From a virus, in IMG/VR virus record IMGVR_UViG_3300048080_000104, positions 1 through 51,213 of that record: DNA of 51,213 nt; one strand, 5' to 3'. The position numbers and the translations under genes were made by a program. This document shows positions 41,001 through 49,711 of this stretch, piece by piece (position 1 is the stretch's first letter; every line of letters begins with the position of its first letter). Under the pieces are notes generated by a model that saw only the letters and a program-made list of their open reading frames with translations, did no database searches and was not told where the DNA came from.

Positions 41001-42640
41001 GTCTTGATGGGACCTGTCTGCGAGATCCCAGCGACCAGAGCGCCAAACGCCGCGCCGAATCGATCCGCGGCTCCTGAGACGTTGTCGAGCCGAATGCTAG
41101 CCTGATCGGAGGCAACGCCCGTTTCGCGAACGCTCTCGCTGTACTTCTCCAGTGTTCCCAGGTTCTGGAGCAAGAACTGCGCCGTCGTGATCGTCCGCTC
41201 GCCAAAGAGCTTCACCATCGCTGCGGTCGATAGACCCTGGCTCTCGACCTCGCGCAGTGCGCTCAAAAGGCTCTCGCCTTGAGTAAGGCGCCCGCTCGTC
41301 TGTAGACGCAGGATGATGTTTCGAAGGCTCGTCTCGATGATGTCGAGCGGCTGCTTGCTCTTACCAGCCGTCTCGATCGTGGCCACCAGCTCCTCGATCG
41401 AGATGCCGGCAGCACGCGCAACCGAGCCGGTGCGCGAGAGGGCTTCGCCAAGCTGCGGAACCTCGACCGAGCCAATGCGCGAGCCAGCAGCGAGCAAGTC
41501 CACGACTCGCGCGGCCTCGCTGGCGTCCAGTCCGAACTGTGCCAACGCGGTGGACACCGCCGTCACGCTCGAGCGGAGATCATCTCCAGACGCTTCTGAT
41601 AGCAAAATCGCGGCGCGTGTAACCGATTCGAGTCCGCCAGCCGTGCCGATCAACTCTGGAGAAGCGGAAGCGACGAGCTTGAACGCTTCTGCGACTTCGG
41701 TGGTGCTCTGCGTCGTCTCGCTGGCAAACCTGATCGCCGTCAGCGTCAGCGCGTCAAGATCACGACCGACAATGCCAGTGATCGCCGACACCTCGTCGAA
41801 GGCCCTCTCCACATCGTTGGAGACGGCGACGAGCTTTCCGAGGGCGATCGAAGTTGCGGTCGCGCCGGCAAGACCCGCGACCCCACCCGGAAAGGCACCC
41901 GCGGCCGCCAGCCCACGCGTCGCCAGCGATGGCGCAGAAGCGGCAGCGCCAACAGCGAAAGCGGACGCGCCACCACCAGCACCCGCCGCCGCCTGTGCAC
42001 CCAGCGAGAGCTGCGCAATCTTCGACTGCGCGATGAACTGCACCACCTCGTGGCGCGCTTCTTGGATCGCGCGCGAGATGCCGGTGAACAGGTTGAGCGC
42101 TGTCGGCGCGAACGACCCGAAGCTGCCGCCGAGCAGCACCATCGCCTGCTGCAGCTGGAGCATGTTGAGCCGCAGGTCGCGAGAGTTGACGGCGGCCGTG
42201 GCGAATACCTGCGCCGGGAGCGCCGCACTGCGCGCAAGCTGCGCGTTTACCGCTGCCATCGTCTGCGCAGCGTTCGTCTCCTGGCCGAGCGCGTGCGAAC
42301 GCCGGAGGCTGTCGCGCGTCAGCTGCGCGTAGGCGCGATTCTCGCCACCCAGCGTCGACAGCGCCGTGAGCCCTGCGTTGATGCGCCTGCGAAGAGCGGC
42401 CTCTTCCTGCGCAAGCGAAGCGGCCGCTCTCGTGTGGGCGGTTGCCGTCCGCTCCACGGCTGCGACTTGCGCGCTGGCCGCTTGCGCGACCCCGCTCGAA
42501 GTCCGTTGAACCTCGGAGACGCGCCTTAGCTGGGTCTCCATGCGCTTCGCCGCTCGATCGATGCGCTCGGCAGAGCGCTCGTACTCCGCAGCGCCCTGCG
42601 AAGCGCCCGCCGCGTCAAAGATCAGGGAGATGGTCGGCAT
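38057..42640 (-). CDS. Tape measure protein
   Basis: 1527 aa, Ala/Leu/Gln-rich helical. Gly-rich hydrophobic central block. It lies directly downstream of the chaperone pair. Confidence 0.9.
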   Translation of the reverse strand: MPTISLIFDAAGASQGAAEYERSAERIDRAAKRMETQLRRVSEVQRTSSGVAQAASAQVAAVERTATAHTRAAASLAQEEAALRRRINAGLTALSTLGGENRAYAQLTRDSLRRSHALGQETNAAQTMAAVNAQLARSAALPAQVFATAAVNSRDLRLNMLQLQQAMVLLGGSFGSFAPTALNLFTGISRAIQEARHEVVQFIAQSKIAQLSLGAQAAAGAGGGASAFAVGAAASAPSLATRGLAAAGAFPGGVAGLAGATATSIALGKLVAVSNDVERAFDEVSAITGIVGRDLDALTLTAIRFASETTQSTTEVAEAFKLVASASPELIGTAGGLESVTRAAILLSEASGDDLRSSVTAVSTALAQFGLDASEAARVVDLLAAGSRIGSVEVPQLGEALSRTGSVARAAGISIEELVATIETAGKSKQPLDIIETSLRNIILRLQTSGRLTQGESLLSALREVESQGLSTAAMVKLFGERTITTAQFLLQNLGTLEKYSESVRETGVASDQASIRLDNVSGAADRFGAAFGALVAGISQTGPIKTAADVLQGLIDKLAAGLELAAKFVTQPAPNPLIGLGGQPITFGGGPGKVTTPAEENARLIEQAAKLRDLETQYDKVKTAGLAFAIVEADLNRLRADGLITEQRRIELLALARAATVEATKSYKDVAKATTEAERSQAAWNEEIRKTALSQQEAFATSEQRLLSIDAENEILRRQIEVASQGKDAIAALAGELAAEEAELRRIREIGGPLTEEDVQRVRDAAQANKELTSALQVTTAEAQRLQQAYEQPFLNAAENIQRAFGDMFTDIIRNGIDSFEDLGDAILDDIFARLAGEIATLLIFQPVLQGIGGSSSSGGLLDSLFGGGGGGIVSPALGATGLPATASLDEVVAALRGGVEEGAETGTRSGIGALKDLLGLFSGGGGGGLSFFGGGGGGGGSLLGGASQILGGAAFGIGAGLLANSLGANANLSAIVGVLGASLIPTVLEAATLGAQLLIAGYTTGGVAGIGAAAGTAGGLSAGVLSSASVPVVGWIAAGILGAIQGIPAGAELASAKTNPVAGLSPWIAGRNTAFSTYSLSSAITAATVATFDNDVPRFGFDFATQAPGTSPTGVEQAGPFGTLAFTGGHRLKEPQAGELLNAIVAFDTAIAAVLNPEEIEKATAQLAQNIGPQSFLVSTRHRGKYVTEAFNDLVAGRIGQIFEAIEGAGFGAAFVGRAEFSNADQFGPLIEEFLNARGQFQASIRTLSGEEIPQFEVALAQLSNAFTTAREAAAPFGLDISKLTDAFETGRQKLGTDFADVLELRQLSRTDPLAALLITQQKEADKLFAEARFLDAQLGLNTIVAAEREAAAERLAIIEEFTARANAPLQSLRDALTVGDLGGLSSPARLAEARSRFETERAEAFERPFDPTERAEFASAAQIFVELLREVEASGPRFAEGVDLARTSIDALLATPLTGGPVALAAGAANDTLQQQQLDAQLDANATQADTLAELESLRGQVIALTTTVANLSTQIEQLVAGQS

Positions 42641-42643
42641 GGA

Positions 42644-42970
42644 TCATCCCCCTTTCGTCTTGCGCCGCTTCGCCGCTTCGGCGCGATTGTTCAGGTACAC
42701 GCCGTCCATCGCTTGCAGCTTCTCGACGAGCCGCCGCGGATGCGCTTCTCCGTGCAGGCGCCCGTAGAGATCGAGCGCACGCACGAGATCGAGCGGCATC
42801 GGCACGCCCATCGCATCGGTTGCCGTCGATCGGCGGGCCGACCAGTACACGGACCACACCTGCGCATCGACCAGCGATAGCTCTGGCTCAGGACCCAGAA
42901 ACGATTCGGCCCACTCGGGGTCGGCGTCGAGCTGGATGCTGGCCTGCGGCGGCAACGCATAGAGGCGCAT
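42644..42970 (-). CDS. Tail assembly chaperone T-part (independent ATG at 42970, or a -1 frameshift extension of G)
   Basis: The frame is -1 relative to 42991..43383 and stays open across the junction back to 43333. The protein-like sequence starts at MRLYALPPQ. Confidence 0.55.
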   Translation of the reverse strand: MRLYALPPQASIQLDADPEWAESFLGPEPELSLVDAQVWSVYWSARRSTATDAMGVPMPLDLVRALDLYGRLHGEAHPRRLVEKLQAMDGVYLNNRAEAAKRRKTKGG

Positions 42971-42990
42971 CTGTCGCTCGACGCCCTGAG

Positions 42991-43383
42991 TCAGTCCGAG
43001 ACGGCTTCCTCGTGTGCCTCGGTCTCGCGCACACCGATCTCGTCCGCGAGCTCGCGCGCGCCTTCCATGAACCGGCGCATGCGCGGGTCGATCGCCCACT
43101 CGCGACCGATGTCGGCCGTGTACGTCACGTCGTCGATACCCTTCACGTCGAGCAGGCACTCTGCGGTGCACAGCCACTCGATGCGACGGCCGTCGAGCCA
43201 GGCGTCGCCCGTCTTCACCCGCCGGCGCATCGGCTGGCGGTTGAGCAGCGCAGCGCGTCTCTTCTCCACAGGCTCCGATGAGGAGCCGCGCACGCGCACG
43301 GTCACCCCGTCGAAGTAGGGGTGCTCTCTCCACTCGCCCTCTTCCTGGGCCTGCGTGTCGATCTGAACGCTTTCGAGCTTCAT
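42991..43383 (-). CDS. Tail assembly chaperone (G-like)
   Basis: 130 aa, acidic, between the major tail and tape measure genes. ATG after GGAG. Confidence 0.7.
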   Translation of the reverse strand: MKLESVQIDTQAQEEGEWREHPYFDGVTVRVRGSSSEPVEKRRAALLNRQPMRRRVKTGDAWLDGRRIEWLCTAECLLDVKGIDDVTYTADIGREWAIDPRMRRFMEGARELADEIGVRETEAHEEAVSD

Positions 43384-43477
43384 CTCCTATGACCTGCCGG
43401 GTCAGTCCAACGGATTGGCCGTGCGACCGCCGGCGTTTGTAAGCCCGCCTACTCTTTGGCCCGGCGGGTGTGGGCTA

Positions 43478-44704
43478 CTAGAATCTGGACACGGTCAAGG
43501 CAAAGCCAGCGGAGTCGCTCTCTGCGCTAAACGGCAGCGATACGCGCACGCTGTCGTTATTCCCCTTGGCGCCGATATCCGGCGTCCCGAATAGGATGTT
43601 GTTGATGGAGATGATCCGCGCTCGCGTCGCGTCATCGAGCCGGAAGGCCAGCTTGCTGTAGGTTCCCGCCTCCGCGATGCGCACCAGATCGGCGTTCGTC
43701 ATGTACATGACAACCGATCCATCGAGCTTCGGGGTTCCGATGCCGATGTCACGCGAGCCGCTGAAACCGAGCTCCGGTTCTGTGCGTAGCGCGTTGTCGA
43801 GTGTGAAGTCGATCGACTCGACACGCACGAGGCCGCCGAAGCCCGTTTCGGCCGTGGTCGTGAAGGCGCCCACCATCTTCTGCTTGAAGTGGTCGACGGC
43901 CTGAAGCCTGGTCGTGGTCCACTTCGCCGTCGGAGCGCCTACAGCGGTCGACGTGCTGGTCGCCTGGAGCTTGCCCAGGAAGCCGAACGAGTGCTCAAAG
44001 ATCGCGTTGGAGTTGAGCCGCAACCCCCACCGCGCCACCCGCATGCCGGTATACAGCGAGTATTCCGGCGTGGTGAGGTCGCTGTACGCGCGCTCGATCG
44101 TGTAGCTCTTCTTGGTGGTTCCCGTGTGGACCGTCGATCCCGTGAGTGTGGCCGAGGTCGGGCCACCAGCGACGACCGGCGCACCAGTCGACGCCAGAAC
44201 GCCCTCGGCCGTTCCATTGTTCGCGTCTGCCCTGGTCAGGATGTGCACGTACATCGTGCCTTGTGCCATGCCGGTGATCTTGATCCAATCGGCGATCGCA
44301 ACGTTCGTGAGCGCACCGGTTCCGGCGAGCGTGAAGACTCCGCCGGCGGGAGTGCCGATCGTGAGTGACACGCCCACGTTGTTGGCGATCGTTGCGAAGT
44401 CGCTCATACACGCGCCTTCGATCAGAGGATCGAAGCCGGTGAGCGTATTGATCGGAGACGAAGCGGCGGGCGTGACGAGTGAGTCCTCGCTCGTGATGTC
44501 TCCAGAGGCATTCACGCCGACCCGGATCGCACCGGCGGGCTGCCGCGTCGGGTCGATTTCGGCCGACTGAATCTGGTTGATATCCAGCTTCAAGCTTTCG
44601 TTGTTGAAGCGGAGGTACTTGTAAATCCCTGCGCTCGAAGGCTCCGCCGTCCCGAACGTCGTCTCTTCCGCAATCGCCAGTCGAACTGAACTCGCGTCGC
44701 CCAT
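43478..44704 (-). CDS. Major tail (tube) protein
   Basis: 408 aa with a strong GAGGAGAC RBS. Positioned between the neck genes and the chaperones. Confidence 0.78.
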   Translation of the reverse strand: MGDASSVRLAIAEETTFGTAEPSSAGIYKYLRFNNESLKLDINQIQSAEIDPTRQPAGAIRVGVNASGDITSEDSLVTPAASSPINTLTGFDPLIEGACMSDFATIANNVGVSLTIGTPAGGVFTLAGTGALTNVAIADWIKITGMAQGTMYVHILTRADANNGTAEGVLASTGAPVVAGGPTSATLTGSTVHTGTTKKSYTIERAYSDLTTPEYSLYTGMRVARWGLRLNSNAIFEHSFGFLGKLQATSTSTAVGAPTAKWTTTRLQAVDHFKQKMVGAFTTTAETGFGGLVRVESIDFTLDNALRTEPELGFSGSRDIGIGTPKLDGSVVMYMTNADLVRIAEAGTYSKLAFRLDDATRARIISINNILFGTPDIGAKGNNDSVRVSLPFSAESDSAGFALTVSRF

Positions 44705-44715
44705 GGGGTCTCCTC

Positions 44716-44751
44716 AAAAGCGAAGGGCCGACTCGTCGTGAGCCGGCCCTT
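44716..44751 (-). terminator. Hairpin plus short U-tract upstream of the major tail gene (partial terminator or RNA stabiliser)
   Basis: 8-bp stem aagggccg/cggccctt (44723-44730 / 44744-44751). It is followed on the minus strand by CGCUUUUGAGG. Confidence 0.35.
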
Positions 44752-44781
44752 GCCCGTGAAATCAGTTTCTTTCGACGACGC

Positions 44782-45195
44782 CTACGTCGGCGTGTGCTCC
44801 CACCGGAATCGGATCGAGCAGCCAGAGTGCCAGAAAGCGCCGCCCGGGTCTCTTGCCCCGGGTCGGTATTCGGCCTCGTAGCAGGAAGCTGCGCCTACGC
44901 GGATGCCCTGGAAGGCGATCGCGATGGCATCGGCGATTGCGCGGCCGCGCGCGGAGCCCTTCCCGAGCTCGGTGTAGATCTCGACTATCATCAGCCCGGT
45001 ATGGTGAGCGATTCGTCCGCCGATCTCGTTGATTTGGCCGGTATCGAGGAGCCGCAGCTCGGCCCACTCGTCATCGATCGCGCGTGGCGTCCCGTCGGGC
45101 TGGGTGTTCTCTCCGACGAGCACGACGCTTGCAGCCGTCAGCGTGGTAGCGAGAAGTGCCGTCAGGTCGTTCGCGACGCTCTCGAAGTCGGCCAC
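44782..45195 (-). CDS. Tail terminator-like protein (DUF4128-like)
   Basis: 137 aa with a GTG start. Position and the pattern ...WAELRLLDTG...GLMIVEIYTELGKGSARGRAIADAI. Confidence 0.6.
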   Translation of the reverse strand: MADFESVANDLTALLATTLTAASVVLVGENTQPDGTPRAIDDEWAELRLLDTGQINEIGGRIAHHTGLMIVEIYTELGKGSARGRAIADAIAIAFQGIRVGAASCYEAEYRPGARDPGGAFWHSGCSIRFRWEHTPT

Positions 45196-45660
45196 CTAGT
45201 CGATCTTCTCGCTGGACGCGCGCTCGGCGATCCGTTCGAGGTTCGCCTCGGCCCGCAATGCGGCGCTCTCGTAAATGTGCCGCGGCTCGTTCGTCGCGCT
45301 GCCGTACTCGAGCGACCCGGCGTAGTAACGGCGGTTGGCAATCTGGACTCGCGCGTAAGGCTCTGTTGGCTCCACGCGGCCTTCGACCAGCGGCGGCTCG
45401 AAGAAGGTGGGCGGCTTGAAAGGCTGGTTCGGGCCTGCCCGGTTCGGCGACTCATAGAGAATCGCCTCTCCGTCGCCCTGCTCGATCACGTGCTCCGAGC
45501 GGTAGGCTCCGGTAAGTACAGGGCTCGTCTCGACGATGTCTCGGTAGGCATCGGCCACCGCCTCGGCCTGAACGTCCTGATAGAGCTCTTGGAGCTTGCG
45601 CACCGAGTCGAGCAGCACCTTGCCTTGCGCCTCGATCTCTCTTCCGATGTCCTGCGCCAT
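45196..45660 (-). CDS. HK97 gp10-family neck / tail-completion protein
   Basis: 154 aa. The N-terminal helical part plus TSPVLTGAYRSEH match the gp10-family pattern. Confidence 0.72.
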   Translation of the reverse strand: MAQDIGREIEAQGKVLLDSVRKLQELYQDVQAEAVADAYRDIVETSPVLTGAYRSEHVIEQGDGEAILYESPNRAGPNQPFKPPTFFEPPLVEGRVEPTEPYARVQIANRRYYAGSLEYGSATNEPRHIYESAALRAEANLERIAERASSEKID

Positions 45661-45663
45661 CGA

Positions 45664-46047
45664 TTACTCCGCGTCGATCGGGCCGCGCAGAAGCAGCCGG
45701 TACATCCAGATGTCGGCATCGGTGCCACGCATCGGATCGAGAGCGACGATCGCGCGACGATAGGTGGCACCGCCTGCGTAGACGAGCGCATCCCCTGACT
45801 TCGGGACGATCGATACGTCTTGCAGAGCCTGCGCTTCGAGTAGCAACAGCTCATCACCTTCGACGATTGCGACGCCGGCGATCGCCGTCTCCCGCGAGTG
45901 CTGGAATACGCCGTATGCGGTTGCTGTAGCCTCGGTGGCAGAGGCCACGGTGTTGGTTGCCGGATTCCAGGCACCGGGCGTGATCGAGACGTAGGTGTGT
46001 GCTTTCCCGCGTCTGCGCAGCAGCGCCGTGTGATCGGCCTTCGGCAC
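45664..46047 (-). CDS. Head-tail adaptor / head-closure protein
   Basis: 127 aa with a GTG start. It sits in the position of the small beta-barrel-type head-closure protein. Confidence 0.6.
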   Translation of the reverse strand: MPKADHTALLRRRGKAHTYVSITPGAWNPATNTVASATEATATAYGVFQHSRETAIAGVAIVEGDELLLLEAQALQDVSIVPKSGDALVYAGGATYRRAIVALDPMRGTDADIWMYRLLLRGPIDAE

Positions 46048-46884
46048 CTAGAAGTCCTGGAATGGGAAGAGAAGCGCCTGTGCAGACTGCTCGGCCGCAG
46101 AGATGCCGCTCGACGAGGAGGAGCTACTCGCCCAGCGGATCGTCGATGCGCCCGAGATCGACTCCTCGATGATGCCGCTATTGCCGGTCGCGCGTGTCGT
46201 GTAGCTCTCGCGCGCCAGCATCACGACAGCCCGGTAGATGCCGCCCGGGAGGTTCGAGAACGTGATCGCTCTTGTTGCAGCCGCTTCGGTAACCAGCGTC
46301 TCGTTCACGGTGATCTTGCTGGTAGTGGTGGTGACAACACGGCGCAGTCCGTTGTTCGCGCTGTTTGTGAAGCCAGCGGCCGTGATGAGATCGCCAGGCT
46401 TCGAGTGGACTTTGAATAGCGCCGTACTGTTGTACGAGTTGTCTGCGCTGGCAACGCTGACGGAGCCCGAGAGATCGTCGTCAGCCACGAAGTAGCCGGC
46501 TGTGGTCGTGATCTCCCATGCGTTTGGATCGTCCTGCGAGCTGAATGTCCCGCTCGGGCGGTACAAGAACCCAGCCTCTCGGCTGTCGATCTCGTAGTCG
46601 GTCAGGCTCTGTGAGCTGCTCTGGTAGAGCACCGCATCGAGCGAGGCGATCGGACGGACGCCGAGCAAGAGGCGCGGCCGACCAGTGCCAGCGAGCGTCT
46701 GCTTGTACTGGGCTCGGATCAGCGGGCGCCCTAGCATGATCTCGATCCGGCTCGACGCCTGATCGAGCAGCATCTGCAAAACGGCATCATCTCCGGCACC
46801 AAAGATGCCCAGCTCCACCTTGAAATCGACCAGCGGGACCAGCGAGGTTTTCGCCGGAGATACGACGATCTCGATGGAGCCCAT
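46048..46884 (-). CDS. Head-tail connector (gp6-like) with an inserted domain
   Basis: 278 aa. The N-terminus LVPLVDFKVELGI...DDAVLQMLLDQASSRIEIMLGRPL is gp6-like. Confidence 0.65.
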   Translation of the reverse strand: MGSIEIVVSPAKTSLVPLVDFKVELGIFGAGDDAVLQMLLDQASSRIEIMLGRPLIRAQYKQTLAGTGRPRLLLGVRPIASLDAVLYQSSSQSLTDYEIDSREAGFLYRPSGTFSSQDDPNAWEITTTAGYFVADDDLSGSVSVASADNSYNSTALFKVHSKPGDLITAAGFTNSANNGLRRVVTTTTSKITVNETLVTEAAATRAITFSNLPGGIYRAVVMLARESYTTRATGNSGIIEESISGASTIRWASSSSSSSGISAAEQSAQALLFPFQDF

Positions 46885-46887
46885 GGG

Positions 46888-47109
46888 CTACTCGGCGCGA
46901 TCGTGTCCGCTGCGGTCGAGACGGTCCAGGCCGCGCTTCTCGGCTCTCACCTTCTCGGCTCGCACGTGCTCTGGCTCTTGCATAGACGGCGTCACCGGCT
47001 CGGCCAGTATGGCGCGCACCGCCGCAACGGCCTTCGCGAGGCTCACGTCATCCGACGCGCAGCCCTGCGTAGCGCGCATGATCGCCTTGAACAGCTCGTG
47101 ATCGGTCAT
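46888..47109 (-). CDS. Hypothetical small protein
   Basis: 73 aa with an ATG start, just downstream of the capsid terminator. Confidence 0.45.
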   Translation of the reverse strand: MTDHELFKAIMRATQGCASDDVSLAKAVAAVRAILAEPVTPSMQEPEHVRAEKVRAEKRGLDRLDRSGHDRAE

Positions 47110-47120
47110 CCATCGTCCCC

Positions 47121-47158
47121 CGAAACAAGGGCGGACCCGGCCGAAGCCGAGCCCGCCC
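47121..47158 (-). terminator. Rho-independent terminator after the major capsid gene
   Basis: Long GC stem (47129-47141 pairs with 47146-47158, with two mismatches). It is followed on the minus strand by UUGUUUCG. Confidence 0.5.
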
Positions 47159-47174
47159 CGTTTATCTCACCCCG

Positions 47175-48494
47175 CTAGAGCGAGGTCGCGCTGGTGATCC
47201 CTGCCGCCAGCTGGCCAGCAGAGGTATCGATGTTGTTCCCGGCGATCCGCTGCGAGATGATCCAAATCACGCGGCGAGTGTCGAAGAAGAAGTCCTTCGA
47301 TGCCTCTACCGTGATTCCACGTCGGCGACCAATCGCGTAGTTGCGCGACACGTCGCCGAAGTAGATGTCACCGGCCGTCAGGTCCACCTCGTGAACGGGC
47401 TTGCCGAGCAGCGTACCGACGGCCCCCGCCATGCGGTCTCCCGTCGATGCGTCGCTGATCGCCATCGGCGGATCGAGCAGACTGCCGTAGAACGGCCTGC
47501 CCATCCCGTCGCGAACGTTGCTCATGAACCCGAGCACGTCTCCGGCGACGAGCCACATCGCGTTATCGCGATAGCGCTGGGGGACATTCCGGTACATCGC
47601 AAGCACGTCTCGGAACTTCAACTCCCCGGTACTGATCTCGGCGTAGGCCGTGCCGGCTAGCTTCGTGACGTGCGGAGCCGTGCCGGTCCCCGCCTTCAAG
47701 AACTCGGCGTCCTCCAGCTCTGCCAGCGCATCTCCCATCAGCTGCACGAAGACGGGCACGATGTTCGCCGCCTCATCGTCGAGCATGTTCCGCCCGAGGA
47801 TCAGCTTCCCGATCGCGTCGTGCGCGATCAGCGGCTTCTGCGCGAGCGCCGGCTCGCCACCCGTGAGGGGTGACGTGGCCTCGCCCTGCATGTACGCCGT
47901 GGCCGCGGCCGCCGTCGGGATGTTGTGCTCCTGCTGGGTCATGATGTACGTGCGCGCCCATCGCGACATCTTCGCGATCTTCCGGAGTGCGATCGCGACG
48001 AGGCTCTCGAGCGGTCTCGGGAGCAGAACACCACCGGTTCCGTCTGCGAATCCACCGACGCCAGACGCGACACCCTCCAACGTGTCGGCACGATAGAGGT
48101 CGGGGAAGATCCCCGAGAGCTTCGCGTCGGCCTCCATCCGCCCGGCGAAGTCACCATCGCGGATCGAGCGGAGCCACTGGAGATTCCAGTGATCGGAATC
48201 GAACGTGCGAAGCCTGCGCTCGGGCTCGGCCAGTCTCATCCGTTCCGGGCTCGAATCCCACGGCCGCGACAGCCGCGCGACGGACTCCCCGTTTCGATTC
48301 AGAAGATCCGGAATCCCGCTTCGATCCGGTCGCTCGTAGGCCGCGATGATCTCGCTCACCCCTTCGAGCATCTTCTGTTCGTGACGCATCGCGATCGCTT
48401 CGAGCTTCGCGTGGATCGCAGCCTCGAAACGGGCGACACCCTCAGGACTCTCGGGGCTCGGGGGCCCCAGCGTAGTCGGTTCGGTCATGATCAT
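47175..48494 (-). CDS. Major capsid protein (HK97 fold) with an N-terminal delta-like region
   Basis: 439 aa with no Cys and a typical HK97-family pattern. The likely start is the third codon (ATG at 48488, AAGGAG 8 nt upstream). Confidence 0.9.
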   Translation of the reverse strand: MIMTEPTTLGPPSPESPEGVARFEAAIHAKLEAIAMRHEQKMLEGVSEIIAAYERPDRSGIPDLLNRNGESVARLSRPWDSSPERMRLAEPERRLRTFDSDHWNLQWLRSIRDGDFAGRMEADAKLSGIFPDLYRADTLEGVASGVGGFADGTGGVLLPRPLESLVAIALRKIAKMSRWARTYIMTQQEHNIPTAAAATAYMQGEATSPLTGGEPALAQKPLIAHDAIGKLILGRNMLDDEAANIVPVFVQLMGDALAELEDAEFLKAGTGTAPHVTKLAGTAYAEISTGELKFRDVLAMYRNVPQRYRDNAMWLVAGDVLGFMSNVRDGMGRPFYGSLLDPPMAISDASTGDRMAGAVGTLLGKPVHEVDLTAGDIYFGDVSRNYAIGRRRGITVEASKDFFFDTRRVIWIISQRIAGNNIDTSAGQLAAGITSATSL

Positions 48495-49711
48495 TTCTCC
48501 TTCGCCGCCGTGCGCTCCATTTTTGCGCGCGCAGTGGCGATCATGGACTCCATGCGTTCGAGCATCGATCCCAGTGCGACCACCTCTTCCGAGGGGCCGC
48601 CGTTCTTAGCTCGTGCTTCTTTCAGCAGTTGCTCGACTTCCGCGTGCGCGGCTTGACGGTACGACTGGAGCGCGGGATCGATCTTCCCGGTCTTCAATTG
48701 CACCATCGCCCGCGTGGCCGCGAGGCCGCGCTGATTGCTTCTTTCGAGCATGGCGTCCAGATGGTTCAGAATTCCTGCAACGTTCTTGAACGGCGCAGCC
48801 GGAACGCCTGATACACGGCTTGACTTCTCCAGCGATGCGAGTTGCGCGCGCATCGCAGAAAGCTCTGTCTGCTGCTCGGTGAGCAGTGCGAGGAGATCGG
48901 GAACGGTGGGCTCTTTCTCCGCGCGCTGTGCGGAGATGATCTCGCCGATCTTGTCGAACGAGACGCCGACCTGTTCGTGGAGCTCTCGCACCTGCGCCGC
49001 GAATGCGGCCAGGCGGCTGCTCTCGTCGGGCGGCTTGATCACGACGACGGCGGGCTCGGGCTCGGTGACCTCGATCGGTGCGGGTTCATCGGCCATCGGC
49101 TTTCGCTCCCATTCCTCGCGAGGCTTCGCGTCGTCGACCATGGCACGCCAGAAAGCGGAGACAGCGCCTTCGGTGCTCTCGGCGCGGCCGATCATCGCGG
49201 CCTTGTCGGCCTGCACGGCAACGATGGAGCCTTCGCGTACGGCCCATTTCTCGTGATAGAAGCCATATCGCTTCCGATAGTCGGCATCGTCTTCCTTGAC
49301 GTGCGCGGGGTGCTCTTTCGGAAGCGAGGTCCGCCGCACGTACTTGATCGGCTCCCAGCGCACCGAGATCCCGGTCACGTGGCCCTGCTGGATCATGTGG
49401 GCGATATCGCGTCTGATCTCGGCCGACGGGCCCTGGCCACCGAGCTCGATCTGGCCGCGGGCACGCAATCGCTTCGGCGACGACTGGAGATCGCGGCGAA
49501 AGCCGCTCACCGTGCCCAGCGTGTCGCGTGGGTCGTTGATATGCGATAGCTGGAGCGGTGCGCGTGCAGTGAACTGCGCGCCTTCGATCGACAAAATGTC
49601 CCCGTCGCTCGCCTCGCCGTCGGTCGCGAGGATCATCGGAAACTCGCCAGTCTCCATGTCGATCTCGCTGCGTTCGAACTCGGCGAATCGCACACGGGTT
49701 TCATCAGCCAT
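48491..49711 (-). CDS. Prohead protease (HK97/S78-type) fused to a scaffold-like coiled coil
   Basis: The ATG at 49711 has AAGGAG 9 nt upstream and overlaps the glycosyltransferase stop. The N-terminal protease-type region has LQLSHIND and GISVRW. The C-terminal 200 aa are helical and charged. Confidence 0.85.
   Translation of the reverse strand: MADETRVRFAEFERSEIDMETGEFPMILATDGEASDGDILSIEGAQFTARAPLQLSHINDPRDTLGTVSGFRRDLQSSPKRLRARGQIELGGQGPSAEIRRDIAHMIQQGHVTGISVRWEPIKYVRRTSLPKEHPAHVKEDDADYRKRYGFYHEKWAVREGSIVAVQADKAAMIGRAESTEGAVSAFWRAMVDDAKPREEWERKPMADEPAPIEVTEPEPAVVVIKPPDESSRLAAFAAQVRELHEQVGVSFDKIGEIISAQRAEKEPTVPDLLALLTEQQTELSAMRAQLASLEKSSRVSGVPAAPFKNVAGILNHLDAMLERSNQRGLAATRAMVQLKTGKIDPALQSYRQAAHAEVEQLLKEARAKNGGPSEEVVALGSMLERMESMIATARAKMERTAAKEK

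Noticed and set aside
38119-42529. Numerous plus-strand ORFs inside the tape-measure gene (for example 41313..42332 of 339 aa and 38119..38550)
   Set aside because: They are antisense or off-frame shadows with Ser/Ala/Arg-rich low complexity. The minus-strand 1527-aa ORF is uninterrupted and lies in the correct context.
42971-43333. N-terminal 121 residues of ORF 42644..43333 as an independent protein
   Set aside because: It is extremely Arg-rich and wholly overlaps chaperone G in the -1 frame. It is relevant only as a potential frameshift path, not as a separate gene.
43444-43468. Hairpin cccgcc...ggcggg after the major tail gene as a terminator
   Set aside because: It has only a 6-bp stem and a 13-nt loop with no U-tract. 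At most it is a weak RNA structure.
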